Source: Octopus sinensis (Eukaryota). From it: a DNA stretch of 64,000 nucleotides. Of this stretch, positions 63,869-64,000 are shown in pieces. Under the pieces are notes generated by a model that worked only from the letters and a program-made list of their open reading frames with translations, was not told the origin of the DNA and searched no databases. The stretch lies in the NCBI RefSeq assembly GCF_006345805.1, contig NC_043018.1, positions 7,750,001 to 7,814,000 of the forward strand, given 5' to 3'. The translations under genes and the position numbers were made by a program. Every line of letters begins with the position of its first letter. Positions within the stretch are counted from its first letter, which is position 1.

Positions 63869-64000
63869 AGCAGAAAATTCAACAAAACATGTTACTCTGA
63901 GTTTCCCGTTGCCGTTCATCAGACAGTTTTTGCTAGCAAAAACTGTCTGATGAACGGCAACGAGAAACTCAGAGTAACAGATTTTGTTGAATTTTCTGCT
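63869..64000. ncRNA. Palindrome containing two divergent minimal hammerhead motifs
   Basis: Centre GCTAGC (63932-63937); CTGATGA at 63947-63953 (+) and 63922-63916 (-); GAAAC..GTA in both arms. Runs off the window edge. Confidence 0.75.

Noticed and set aside
2153-63950. Dozens of ORFs rich in C/V/Y/I/H/T (MCVCV..., HTHT..., YIYI...)
   Set aside because: They are translations of (CA)n, (TA)n and (TACA)n microsatellites.

Overview
Repeat-dense eukaryotic genomic DNA, most likely from an octopus or other coleoid cephalopod (inferred from the SINE repertoire and the (TA)/(CA) microsatellite load). The only host protein-coding exon I can support is a 225-bp tankyrase (TNKS, ankyrin repeat cluster 1) exon on the minus strand at 30011-30235, with canonical splice sites. 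Its first coding exon is not visible. A strong-context AAGATGGCGTC (Met-Ala-Ser) runs straight into the 100-N assembly gap at 54697-54796, so exon 1 probably lies in the gap and most of 1-54800 is intronic. The rest is layered transposon debris: several tRNA-derived SINE families, RTE- and CR1-type LINE fragments, two mariner fossils, an intron-containing long-TIR Tc1 fossil, a DD37D (maT) deletion derivative, hAT-like MITEs and Helitrons. The most interesting signal is a set of about 8-10 type I hammerhead-ribozyme motifs. They sit in short (TA)n-targeted elements that form direct terminal repeats or near-perfect fold-back palindromes, resembling Penelope-like pLTRs or retrozymes. Four of them are sense to the tankyrase pre-mRNA. 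Nearly all ORF-track entries are microsatellite or SINE artefacts. Repeat boundaries were read by eye and are approximate unless a TSD or TIR is quoted.
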